Positions 15,001-20,868 of a stretch of 64,000 nt of DNA are shown piece after piece. The stretch is from contig SVHV01000001.1 in NCBI GenBank assembly GCA_015055605.1, positions 513,999 to 577,998 of the forward strand, given 5' to 3'. Made by a program: the position numbers and the translations under genes. The notes beneath the pieces are model-generated. The model ran no database searches. It was given only the letters and a program-made list of their open reading frames with translations, and was not told the DNA's origin. Origin of the DNA: Clostridiales bacterium (lineage in GTDB: Bacteria > Bacillota > Clostridia > Christensenellales > UBA1242). Each line of letters opens with the position of its first letter. The first letter of the stretch is position 1.

Positions 15001-18000
15001 ATAACTGATAATGGATTAGTATATGCGATAGCAATTTTTTCATCTGTTTCTACACCAAATATACTCATAAAATAAGTATATGAGCCAGAATCTCTGCTGA
15101 CATATAGATTAGTCAAGTCTGCTTCTGTTACTGTATAATTTACACTTTCACTAACTAGTGTACCATTTCCACCACCATTGAAGATGTCTCTATCATAAAT
15201 ATTGATTACATTGATTACATAACCAACATAGAAAGTATTTGTAGCAACAACATTTGTAAAATAGAGTTCTCTAGAATTTAGTATTTGACCACTAGGTGAT
15301 TTAATACCTAAATAATAACCTGTTGCTTTGTGAGTAAGTTTGACCATCTCACCTTTTGCATAGAAATTATCAATATATGATGAATCTTTAGCATCATTGT
15401 TATTATTAAAGCTATTTATTTCGGCATAATAAACATTTTTAACTTTAACAAGTGAATATGAAGACATCAAGTTGGCATATTTGTATGCAATAACATTTAT
15501 TCCATCTAGAATTGTCATCTTATCAACAAAATATCTTAAATCATCGATAGATTTAGTTGGAGCAACTGCAACATTACTACCTGCAGCATTTCCATAAGAA
15601 ACTAAAGTTCTATCATCAATATTATTACCACTATTTGTAGTATTGATATTATACAAGATATTAGCTGGATAAGTTGAACCACCAGAAGTAAAGTATTTAA
15701 TATTGATATCAGTAGAATCACCTACGAAGTTACCTACTGTTGTTGGAATTGTTTTCTTACTTGTATTATAAACATTTCCTAGTGCTGAGAAGTTAAATAC
15801 AGATATAATACCTGTTGCCCTACCCATTACTCCGCCAACATACACTTCGTCTTCGGCATTAAATACGATATTTGCACTAGCATAACCAGAGCTAACCATT
15901 GCTTCATCAGCATATCCGATAAAGCCTGAGATATTACGAGCAGAATCCGTTCTAGCAACTACTATATCACCGAAATATCTACCATTAGTGTCTGCCTTGT
16001 TGTAGTCAGAGAATACTGTTCTCTTGAAATATGATCTAACTGAGTTAAATCCTATAACATTAGAGAATGTAATAGAAATATCTGTTCCATTATCGTAATA
16101 ATCAGAAATACCAATATACTTACCAATCAATCCACCAACACCAAATGTCTCTGGATGAGCAAGAACACTTGTATTATCTAAAACATATATAGCTGTGTTC
16201 ATATATGAATATGAATCAGAATAATCTATAATTTGTACTTTGTTTGATGTTACTAAGTTTCTTCCAGTTCTACCAGAAATTGCTTGGTTACCTGCTGAGC
16301 TTTGTCCGATAAGACCACCAATATTACCATATCCGATTAGGTTTGGCATAACTAAACAATGAGCAACCTCACCATAGTTTTCACCAACCACACCACCGAT
16401 ATTATATCTACCAAAAATAAATGATCTAACAGTTAAACCAAATACTCTAGCAAAGATTGAATCTGTAGTGTTCTCATAGTTTCCACCAACAGCTCCACCA
16501 TAAGAACTCTGAGCATTAAGTTGATTTACATTCTGATGTGCATTGATTACTGCAACGACATCATATCCACTGAGTCCACTAGTTGCAACGAAATTATTTT
16601 TATATGTTGCAACACCTTTATTATCAATCTGAGTATTTACACCTAAAACAGTTCCTTGATTTAATCCCACCATACCACCAGCGAGGATAACCTTAGAATC
16701 TTGATTACCATCATTGATAGCCATAGATACTTTGATTGTAGAACGCTTAATAAGAGCATTTACACCATTCTCACCAACTAATCCACCGATATATGCAGAT
16801 ATCTCTGAATTGATATTAGAATGGTTAGCATAATACATAATGCTACTCTTGTTAGTTGCAACAACTGCACCATTTAGAGCATTACCTATAGAGCCATCAT
16901 CTACTGTACAGTCTGTGATAGTTCCTAAGTTTACTGCTGCAATAACACCTATATTATCAACTGTATTTAGAGCATCATTGGTATTTGAATAAGTCTTTAC
17001 AACAATGCTGAAGTTCTTTATGAATAAATTAGAAACTACACCATTTGAGCCTATTGTTCCGAATAATCCAAAGTAGTTAGTTTCTTGATAATCGTTATCA
17101 GAACTATTGTCTTTATCAATTACCAAATTGTAGATACCATAGTCACGATACATATCGTCTGTTAAATAATATCTACCACTAAGTGTACCATTAAACTCGT
17201 CTCTACCACCTATTGCTACCCAATTATAGTCTTTTAGGTTAATATTGTTTGTAAGTACATAGTTAGCATTCATAGCATCAGGATACTTAGATGTATCTGC
17301 TATTGCCATCAAGTCTTCTGCGTTTTCGATTTCAAATGGAATAGTTTTACCATTTGCAACCCTAACAGTAATCTCTGATACCACATTGAAGTATTGATAT
17401 ACATTACTTGCATTAATACCAGATATACCAGGAGTTCCTTGATTATTTCTAGAGTCTAGTGCTGCAAGATAAATCTTATATTCTGGATTATCTTCATATT
17501 CTTCAGACATAGAAACATAAGTGATATACACCTTGTTATCTCTTACCTCTACAGAAATATCACTAGTAGACTTATAAGGAATAACCTTATCAATGATGAT
17601 ATCTTTTGTATCACCACTCTGAACTAATAGTTCATAATCAATAACTGAAGAATTGTTGCTAGTATAAGCTTGCTCGGCATCATCATACTCCATATCCCTT
17701 AGGTCGAAGGTAACTCTATTGTTAAATAAACCTAAGTTAATTGCATTTACAGCTGACGCATTATTTACTGTAACATCTATTGTTAAGTTAATCTCACTAG
17801 TAATAGATTCGCCACTAGCATTGTAATATGTTTGTGTTGCAATAATTAATAATTTAAAGTTGAATGTTCCACTAACCCTTATAACCCTTAAGGTTGCATT
17901 CTTACCATTATTAGTAGTTGTTAGATAGATTCTTTCTGGAGATTGTAATGCAAATTCATAACCATCTTCAGCTGGATCTCTATCAACTAGAACATTGTTA

Positions 18001-20471
18001 TTATGAACTGCAGCCCATCTGATTGTATACCAAACATCTGCATTTGTTGGATTAAGACCAATAGCAATATCAGTTAATCCATATTCATCACAGTATTTAT
18101 TACCGGTATCTTCGTTAATAGCATTTGCACTAATACTATCGTAGGCATAAGTTGAAACACTAGGACTAGAAGTAGTCAAACTCTTAATAGTTGTTCTAGT
18201 AGTAACTGAGAATGAAATATAAATGTAAGGAAGTGTACCATCTCCGATTAATGGTCTGAAACAGTAAACAATATTTACAGGATTTGTACTAGCCTTTTTA
18301 ACTGTAATTAATCTACCCACAGGCTTAATAGATGTCTCGTTTGAAGAACTAATATAAACAAGTTCCATAAGAAGTGAGATATCTTCAAACTTCTGACTAT
18401 CTTCATCTGTTTGTCCTAGTAAGTAGTATAAATTGTACGACTCACCTACTAAAAATTCTGTTCTATATGTAACATTAGTAGCAGTAGCACCCTCAAATCT
18501 ATAAGAGAATGTTCCGTTTCTAACATCTTCAAATCCTTCAACTTGAGCTTTAAGTAATTTAGCATCTGTTAGAGGATAATTGATAGATAATGTAAACCAT
18601 TCAGAAATAAATAGTTCATCAACTATAAATCTAATTCTTGTATTACCGATATTGTTCTTAGCATAAATGACAATATCATTAAATTCTGCACTGAATCCAC
18701 CGATAGCATAAGCAGTGTCTTCAATCTCTACTTTTACAACTGAATAATCATATTCTGTAGAACCAGGAACTTTTGGAAGACCTTTTAGTGTTAAGAAGTT
18801 ATTAGCAACCAGTCTAATACCATCACCATTGAAGTCTTCTTTAGAACTAGTATAATCTTCAAGTAGCAAGTCAATTGTAATCTTATTGTTAGGAACAGAC
18901 AATGACATTTCCTCATTGATGTAACTCAATAAAATTGTGAGCGACACATCTGAATAAATAGCACTTGTAACTGTTAATGATAGTTCTCCTGTAATCTCTG
19001 TGTCTTTCCTTAGATAGAAAGGCGCACCACTAAGTGACCTATCAATAGGCTCACCCGTCTCGTCAACTATTGCAACGCCTGGATTATTTACCTCTAAGTA
19101 AACCTCTTGATTATCAAGAGCAGATGTTTCGCTCCAAACACCTAAGTAAATAGGAGTTAAAGGAGATGTTCCATTTGCACCAGTATATAGCACAACATCA
19201 TTATCTTTTAGTTTATACACATCCTCCCAACCTAGAGTTGATGATGCATTAATTGCAGTTTGTAAATCATTCTGAGAAGCATACAATCTAATCTCGTCTG
19301 GGAACATAGATACTTGAACTAAAACAGACACTTCAAGAGGCTCAAAGAAACCTTCAAAACCATTGTAATCAATTAAGAATGTAAGTTCAAATGAACCCTG
19401 AGCATTAAGTCTAGTAACTAAGAATGAATATGCAGAAGCTCTATTTACCTCAATAATATTTGTTCCTAGTCTGTCATTCTCGTCTAGTTTAACTCTAACA
19501 GAATATTTCTCATACTCTCTTAGTTCAGCATTTACATTAGCAGAATCCCAGAAGTATCCACTATACATAATTTCATCAAATGTAGTGTTCTCTTCTCCAT
19601 AAGTTACCTCTAAGGTTGTATGGTTATATGCTGGGAACTTAGTTGTATTTAAACATAGGTTCAGAGTATAGTTGCCCAAATCATCTGTTGTAAGCAATGC
19701 ATAAGTATCAGCAGGGTCATCTTTTCTCTCGACAAAGCTAATCTCCGAAGCATTTGGTCTATCAAGCACATTAACTATAGCTCTATGCTCGTAATTAGTA
19801 GAATTTTTGAATGAACTAAATACATCAAGATAGAAGTAATTTAAATCTGAGTCGTTGCCGATTAAGATATTACCTGTGGAAGCAAGGTATTCATTAGCGA
19901 CAGCGATTCTATCGTCATCACCCATCTCAGTAATAGGATTGATTTGGTAATAAACTTCTCTCTGTGTTGTATTAGCAGGTGTAAAGTTTAGTGCATCTGA
20001 AGAAAGTTTATATTCTTCTCCCCTAACAACTGCTAGAACTGAGTTCTTGAATGTAATCGTATCAACTGGAACATCAACTCTAATTTGAAGAGGATAAGTT
20101 TTGTTTCCCTCATTAGTATTAATGTGGATTATAGTAGTACCATCAGCAATCGCTCTAAATGTAACAACTGTAACTCCATGAGATGCATAATACTCATCTG
20201 ACTGCAATACAATAATGCCCGGGTTATCAATGATAAATGAAACCGACTTGTCAACATCATTATCTACACCAGATACCTCAACATCAAACGAAAAAATATT
20301 CTCACTCTCAAGAGGAGAAAGGTTTATAATGTTGTTATCATCTATTCCCTTAACATTTTTGATTGAGATAGTCATCTCATCATATTTGCCATCAGAGCCA
20401 CAAGCAAAAAGACAGCCCATTGCTGCAAATACTACTAGAACTAAAGTTAAAATCTTCTTCCACAATTTCAT
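1..20471 (-). CDS. Giant surface lipoprotein A. The 5' end is in the window and the 3' end lies beyond the left edge (>=6,823 codons here). Ig-like arrays plus at least six beta-helix/GLUG-type cassettes
   Basis: Absent from the supplied ORF track. I read this as no stop codon inside the window: any closed ORF >=60 aa would be listed, yet no minus-strand ORF at all is listed for 1-20471. ATG at 20471-20469, AGGA 8 nt upstream, in-frame TGA two codons upstream. Hand translation of the 5' end: MKLWKKILTLVLVVFAAMGCLFACGSDGKYDEMTISIKNVKGIDDNNIINLSPLESENIFSFDVEVSGVDNDVDKSVSFIIDNPGIIVLQSDEYYASHGVTVV. The same frame (codons occupy 3k..3k+2) was hand-checked as open and protein-like at these spots: 3-62 (LSVKEDLANVYTKTYDYSPI), 1341-1400 (ISAKSVYVGGVVGRIGTNVT), 2763-2819 (FSKKLWYPIGHSEANSFQG), 4080-4139 (DENVFRGEFIGNNKKISNIN), 7263-7322 (SMGNPFTGALISNYERDMNT), 9540-9599 (TFNVIYSGVLDGNAMTISNL), 11742-11840 (EGGYYILLNDIILEDWTPIDTPIASLDGNGYVI), 17163-17219 (VAIGGRDEFNGTLSGRYYL). 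Confidence 0.85.
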   Translation of the reverse strand, partial: MKLWKKILTLVLVVFAAMGCLFACGSDGKYDEMTISIKNVKGIDDNNIINLSPLESENIFSFDVEVSGVDNDVDKSVSFIIDNPGIIVLQSDEYYASHGVTVVTFRAIADGTTIIHINTNEGNKTYPLQIRVDVPVDTITFKNSVLAVVRGEEYKLSSDALNFTPANTTQREVYYQINPITEMGDDDRIAVANEYLASTGNILIGNDSDLNYFYLDVFSSFKNSTNYEHRAIVNVLDRPNASEISFVERKDDPADTYALLTTDDLGNYTLNLCLNTTKFPAYNHTTLEVTYGEENTTFDEIMYSGYFWDSANVNAELREYEKYSVRVKLDENDRLGTNIIEVNRASAYSFLVTRLNAQGSFELTFLIDYNGFEGFFEPLEVSVLVQVSMFPDEIRLYASQNDLQTAINASSTLGWEDVYKLKDNDVVLYTGANGTSPLTPIYLGVWSETSALDNQEVYLEVNNPGVAIVDETGEPIDRSLSGAPFYLRKDTEITGELSLTVTSAIYSDVSLTILLSYINEEMSLSVPNNKITIDLLLEDYTSSKEDFNGDGIRLVANNFLTLKGLPKVPGSTEYDYSVVKVEIEDTAYAIGGFSAEFNDIVIYAKNNIGNTRIRFIVDELFISEWFTLSINYPLTDAKLLKAQVEGFEDVRNGTFSYRFEGATATNVTYRTEFLVGESYNLYYLLGQTDEDSQKFEDISLLMELVYISSSNETSIKPVGRLITVKKASTNPVNIVYCFRPLIGDGTLPYIYISFSVTTRTTIKSLTTSSPSVSTYAYDSISANAINEDTGNKYCDEYGLTDIAIGLNPTNADVWYTIRWAAVHNNNVLVDRDPAEDGYEFALQSPERIYLTTTNNGKNATLRVIRVSGTFNFKLLIIATQTYYNASGESITSEINLTIDVTVNNASAVNAINLGLFNNRVTFDLRDMEYDDAEQAYTSNNSSVIDYELLVQSGDTKDIIIDKVIPYKSTSDISVEVRDNKVYITYVSMSEEYEDNPEYKIYLAALDSRNNQGTPGISGINASNVYQYFNVVSEITVRVANGKTIPFEIENAEDLMAIADTSKYPDAMNANYVLTNNINLKDYNWVAIGGRDEFNGTLSGRYYLTDDMYRDYGIYNLVIDKDNSSDNDYQETNYFGLFGTIGSNGVVSNLFIKNFSIVVKTYSNTNDALNTVDNIGVIAAVNLGTITDCTVDDGSIGNALNGAVVATNKSSIMYYANHSNINSEISAYIGGLVGENGVNALIKRSTIKVSMAINDGNQDSKVILAGGMVGLNQGTVLGVNTQIDNKGVATYKNNFVATSGLSGYDVVAVINAHQNVNQLNAQSSYGGAVGGNYENTTDSIFARVFGLTVRSFIFGRYNIGGVVGENYGEVAHCLVMPNLIGYGNIGGLIGQSSAGNQAISGRTGRNLVTSNKVQIIDYSDSYSYMNTAIYVLDNTSVLAHPETFGVGGLIGKYIGISDYYDNGTDISITFSNVIGFNSVRSYFKRTVFSDYNKADTNGRYFGDIVVARTDSARNISGFIGYADEAMVSSGYASANIVFNAEDEVYVGGVMGRATGIISVFNFSALGNVYNTSKKTIPTTVGNFVGDSTDINIKYFTSGGSTYPANILYNINTTNSGNNIDDRTLVSYGNAAGSNVAVAPTKSIDDLRYFVDKMTILDGINVIAYKYANLMSSYSLVKVKNVYYAEINSFNNNNDAKDSSYIDNFYAKGEMVKLTHKATGYYLGIKSPSGQILNSRELYFTNVVATNTFYVGYVINVINIYDRDIFNGGGNGTLVSESVNYTVTEADLTNLYVSRDSGSYTYFMSIFGVETDEKIAIAYTNPLSVMAPAGARYSGGLELAEDYVYSVNTDVAAYVTRKGNALANLYVCADSITGLDATIQTSNHYRYYNVQVDAGTVTPFASTPTYSTGDGKDYVNLIIDIPPTDIKASRYSLIDEENDLWLASVEEIIDTLNTSDYKLNTLFYYELDYTKFDSQLTDIGGVKTQVIDFNKDGRYSNLDISYTNYVDNLIKEKNTYKLEDTLKISILPPFLQNGMISFRSDNESVARIEIIDGEAYIVVTGVGNAKFTIYSIYNPSLESDGKAANFEINVVSAISEFGLYSDMMFSADSELFTDGSNYVVLKNEEYASVMYANLGGNLDFDNEYLENYSKIDLPFIRENNYGVRYFFINDGKIYFNDGEVDSVDAIKVNAKSFSKLYFSSAYASVGSKYALYADSSADINILGVNTTADRLQLLAVPFIIHEDGTKTLLLDLNFDGNISSLPLDTYAKVINLMVVEGSEKVSSPSNAHFLPINPQDMQVVVKTDNEQSQLFFSVDKVISSMSTTTLSIYSDLDKNIIIDPSTRVDIYDKDFDNLGVEIDLDGGVAKTYYFDNLYLTVTSIESEYDGDGFIQYKKYNLIMGVCKKYLYEPNLIANYKVHFNIVDYTASVQTSTMDLALDRQTIKNSMAKHYASIDQYSSTVSEYELSDYYESNTLVSGYPGLLQIDLFPEYANVDYVEIVSENVNGYYISLEQMVAVFNENNVFDGYYKVYNDTREVINDGAGIRVGNYSYQTDSGEYKYSGTYYLRTIVPTISYGTTKFEITYKCYFGGSVIHENTIEIDVTRVPGINLTVDGQDTAVVALGNSINIDVETDSDVTWSVNDLFTEVTVGNAVAPVRVDDDTFSVDILSISELGDNFEDYIGKDLVITATVELDIKGRIYKASDSITIRLALFTIDSISVKNVSDGYFHGTYNQPYDLMLTINATYDKEYDEANNFYITKIINELSNEMSKVQARSFSIYDGNGVYALEPKQYTDLLVSMNGNYFTIKNNMKFTSSRLKASITYQYTTITALTRYGISFGSMASSFVYNRSCEFELDFVRLSNEENPEPIYTAAELKNMDEGGYYILLNDIILEDWTPIDTPIASLDGNGYVITIDSFYDTTIEAPTTDEEKSAELQLGIFSTISSSTTIKNLIIEIKNDESVASDIVTGSVGDLVINAKYYAKVNFGLLAAVNEGVITNVSVTNNANTYRNRRNVLLAQSGVIDEYVTLGTTNYSKDKDGRDVERTVSIVNVDYGTLTTTASENKIAVLVGVNSGYISNSSVSNISIKGLDCVAGFVAENSKVISSSFYEGGNIHAQVSAVDSTALGAAGFVFTNRGKIAYSYVAGRGYDKANPSTNITGKDITSFVGYDYCDVLPIRNMASGVISESGNTSGFVYNNESNSYIEDSYSNILVSGNNSVGFVYKNAGNINNVYTLSTVIAKDARHNPFISLINNDTATNNTGNITNSYYLSVIGSDVDGTSGTADEFIYASKQIAQPISAKKLSNYSTFDSFAFNANMDEESKLAGVSTLDEITRAVWFYPNNVTNNSIYFKHDSYLSVAPQLVSANLNTYSLKYYVTDNETKMIEGVYSGLLEDINTSSFLGKFTRNNIQMETIELSANAVAGRAYPDIPGTVEYTKEERLALLTTELQGYAGITAENTSNYVGLTPTILDLTNLQYINVSLYFDELEYNTITAIPEGSSDTISEKAVQFINAVKREILNLGLYPLSYINVNIINKAETAIPEVETTFEYTSILEMTENDQTVSIEYGNSILNPYLVKSANDYNVYVMLIGDDYQATIQNSGYKSNKFLRLTKDFAFTGNDLVAKTFNVIYSGVLDGNAMTISNLRVNADTTISSSALNPQFSEKYDELENVGGVKATSVGMFAKLVKGAVVKNLTVDVSEVYATGVNFVGTIAGQVIDGRVFNVNVKSSDNANILGGNIVGGIVGRVSGQSTIVNVESSISVSAYYYGHTNYVDRNNLEQYEIASKFTAYQPATNEGTYVSSNFSEVSLAGGVAGAIDLGVQGDNADATIDATAIGRIRSTRLTGSPTIIGEIVGGLYGYMGNNSMLTASSVVVQDNALLDASRVAGGLVGINYGYINRSYIINEDQEEIDAIVSSLATNISQIYGDNIDTGSETFFGGNPHYIGGITGVNILGTVINSYSKVNVRNLDAAFAGGVIGANLGGGIRSVYTTADVYAFYGVGGIIGLNSGAETSRIKDDYGSDNTEFRNTHLLSHVTNPLVLMGSVENAALNMTAVVAANIWKMQSLNQRRMHLSTMPTNTEASIGSVIGYSDTKLGIETGTNTGVFSLNPSNIAVGEDNRYLNENMFTIAAYTYDSIVKYLDAADSANFKSFQLIQEVGNYTVLEKSMHPGDDKTNQTFHELSDTNNKVYINHTNYSVNDLASGNVVQFYQGEGTDLVNVSRTSHYSRIRNLSSVRTLTEIIARTHIPEEAISMINRLERKPSGDERSASDIESSTYEISSSNIRFNNKVPGGAARVYRGDCQRQVVYHSNSWDAQVWTGTQVDNFYEKVDDHIWPVLTNNVADKKIEIWSYADLVTNTKLYPGGTFVLMTDISVDPGAEPLCSMGNPFTGALISNYERDMNTHPEPYTITIDNPIVGETVSGLFAAVKGATFRDLNIVVDTVFEVASSNESGAVGILFGMGYAKGYQANTIQDVTISFTSTAKIVVENGAKYVGVVGGYSDALYIKGIIGTAAGTGVDVNGVTIVNPKIEIRGTTSVKDMYVGAVVGEAAIQSVEASYYTVVQNPVINVDTTFLEGGYGDLAIGSVFGKVTNTNASTGEYLLDNIKVSNPKMNIKLNAEVKDVGGSDQNAFVYFETVGIGGVFGLVEGLNTKQAFTIRNISVTTTSGYELTVENNGIYAYSPIYSARGNFSVGGIIGQIGGSNKGNVNLANISVAASGKYFTYKHTNPSTYLAGIKTTSDVNIGSSIGSVISCTGNISGISSELILKWTVTELDKVNINIGHTIGKMNAGQIVNVVASSSIQNMLYISGSDVIKPITLGAEAQLNIGGLVGVMNGGSITNSGFTSNIIIYTSATSTNNINLGGLVGYAKVDSAATAISGCYIYGRTVLYSIDKSASSVDTADIYAANIGGMVGKVFDSIIIKYSVTANDVEAYNGTFDGHTFTKYVSASPYNAMGGFVGMLEAENADDFYFDLDSVYTISNIVISKSDYPKSAVGGLVGKAASVDGFDITGSISLTNAYYLAEFMIDTNSIGIACSVKDLLINNTTMFTSYNEVVNWNDIRTDTSIGRYVYPVLNQVGAENARLTPATITNFTQSEINSVNTTASAIVVTDTTLTETITNLGTIKDIYFIAERLTISTTVFSEIPNDVRVYGLRADGVSFALINVNNGKVSATNITNLTSTSGYIEENNGLDINPVVRMNGAGTLLYKKNNGIVMYAKITTNSNNIESSAETSTGEIKLSVFNYSSTKPAVKSTMIDSYMTNSSDYTYYNHNGDSQVLDSTTAKDITKFTSDYDFYNDWIIFTITEKDTAAMSASERTAYEQYVANRRNGRVFLRWELKETIGKNWYFEDIDLYSNIQTAYADYVWNNRVNQLTSHYNFTTNSISVSVSMDRITVGSPEGLAYVANKINNGEYADYDIIIDADIDMEGRIFTPIGGALIFGKTDENVFRGEFIGNNKKISNINVITNSYAGLFGVSASTSYTNITIEGAYLLSSGDEVGTLVARQEDNADFTNISVKKSTVVNLMQTAEEFDVVGGIVGLIYNTRPEERNVSITMSKSGLEEESSVHNGDYVGGLIGSAEYATIQINDCYNEHAIKGTTRVGGLIGSASEDSKINIYRSRNLGDVIATNTTLSYAGGLVGYTAGTSTRVEISYNSSYVSGYFASGMLGYISGSAIFHHTYVSRGDVGAILNGEPNTRNDSDPSVTNNMNFNSIISTATGTEGGMYAFVYDGSATEDSKITISQSYSSLFETGSTSYGLAFTNSTEVSYDNSYQISDTNDNGSSIKKITHANLSLANNEIFDNWKDIWSRVSQKNNNYPSFMESAWVDSDVEIGDDADSDVQVDGKTYYINSEEGLAWVANQVNTGENLFIGSTIYLESGMQLDFSKKLWYPIGHSEANSFQGKFVFQNNVIKNMTTNGYYLNNEFKEENLVKDYVGLFGYTKNATIEGSVKFVTDETTLNEGSHITTEASYGGSLIGYAKETVFSGLSVENHLNVQGTVGYVGGIIGGMEIVTNTSTISIGSLVNYGKVSGKSDDSQNIGGVIGAIIAPNSLNVNIVASELTNYGEIGGGSGSSSGIIALISGERISLTIGRAMSTASIENSGSEIGGLIGKSTGTLIIDEAVISNDSLPAGAASVRSASGKINITSNNTNAYIGAIIGYGNNVTINNVVYDNEGIKISSRNQLNAANYDTMSGAIGGLVGRATNLTFNIGSSFNVHHIEFEHTGAVNETNYVGGIAGKVDNSLIIKPKAGVTGATLTVTNIQGIRGIGYLGGVAGYVGKYSVEDVETYVNDVSITEVTDKESENYQNYYKRSQDLFDQTYGNIGGAFGFIKGGVESDKLILSKITTTSSNSSTFKISAKSVYVGGVVGRIGTNVTMTEITNAIPVIGELETQARFFGGIVGFINSNTALSFSSLTNTADVTAYEFVGGLVGKVNNVTVTGSISGTGADPVNIGTYDSTQQLGSWYVGGFFGDATTVHAYGSSFNGALYGSNYIGGLIGAAKESEINNAVISISNMVANEGVNDTREKLRDAITNDYIAAAGGVVGYSYTISPTRFANITNVDVNVSFDPDTIINIPFGGVVGYASQTNIKEASTNIHNTLKETIRERNPNYGVVAGAPEFIEKQAINSFIYGIANTLYGTEYSVNWYSNRHWMLGDSDSIENIYMSFVDNLETEEVTEATGEYHDTVIYKPNGAGTFTITNGNTDEKAYEEIKQIYHEASLWDINLSSRAVSPLNDILEISFSTSMSDRGVSLDVRGGKVTLELASNDQYGADAEEKLSYRQLYLGFAKRYVPDATPISLELSVKEDLANVYTKTYDYSPI
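20400..20471 (-). other. Lipoprotein-type signal peptide of protein A (MKLWKKILTLVLVVFAAMGCLFA|CGSDG)
   Basis: Basic n-region (KLWKK), a hydrophobic core, then Cys in an ..LFA-C-GS.. context. An alternative lipobox AAMG-C lies 4 residues earlier. Protein B shows the same A-C-G-S context. Confidence 0.6.
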
Positions 20472-20549
20472 AATTCAAATCCTACTATTTATATATTTTG
20501 AAATATTTAATTTTTTATTATTATATAATAATAAAATTATATCTAATTA

Positions 20550-20578
20550 ATTATAAGTTACATACCCATAAAAGTCAA
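20550..20578 (-). promoter_or_regulatory. Sigma-A-type promoter of giant gene A (TTGACT-17-TATAAT)
   Basis: The minus strand reads TTGACT (20578-20573), a 17-nt spacer, then TATAAT (20555-20550). This is about 80 nt upstream of ATG 20471. Coordinates were cross-checked against codons of track ORFs 20215..20550 and 20498..20776. Confidence 0.6.
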
Positions 20579-20827
20579 ACAAATATCGACACAAAAACCC
20601 AGTTTTTGCATTTAGAGAAGCAAATAAAACCACTATCTAACACACAAAACAAAATACCCCTACAACTAGACATTTTTTGTTGCAATTACCACCATTATCA
20701 TTATGCAAACACACAACAATATCTCTATCTCCACACAAGCATCATAACACTCAATACCTATATTTCTACAGAGTAAATATCTATCAAACTCTTTCAGAAC
20801 AAAACACGCAAACCTACTATGCAACAA

Positions 20828-20858
20828 TAAAAAAAGTGGCTAATCTTAGCCACTTTTT
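20828..20858 (-). terminator. Rho-independent terminator after giant gene B
   Basis: 8-bp stem agtggcta (20835-20842) / tagccact (20847-20854) with a 4-nt loop, flanked by an A-run and a T-run. It begins about 11 nt downstream of the TAG stop (20869-20871). Confidence 0.7.
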
Positions 20859-20868
20859 AATGTATTAA

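Noticed and set aside
20215-20868. Plus-strand ORFs 20215..20550, 20498..20776 and 20677..20868 across the A-B junction
   Set aside because: They overlap the start, promoter and spacer of gene A and the terminator of gene B. Some start at TTG, they give low-complexity His/Tyr/Thr/Gln-rich or Ile/Phe-rich products, and they have no RBS.
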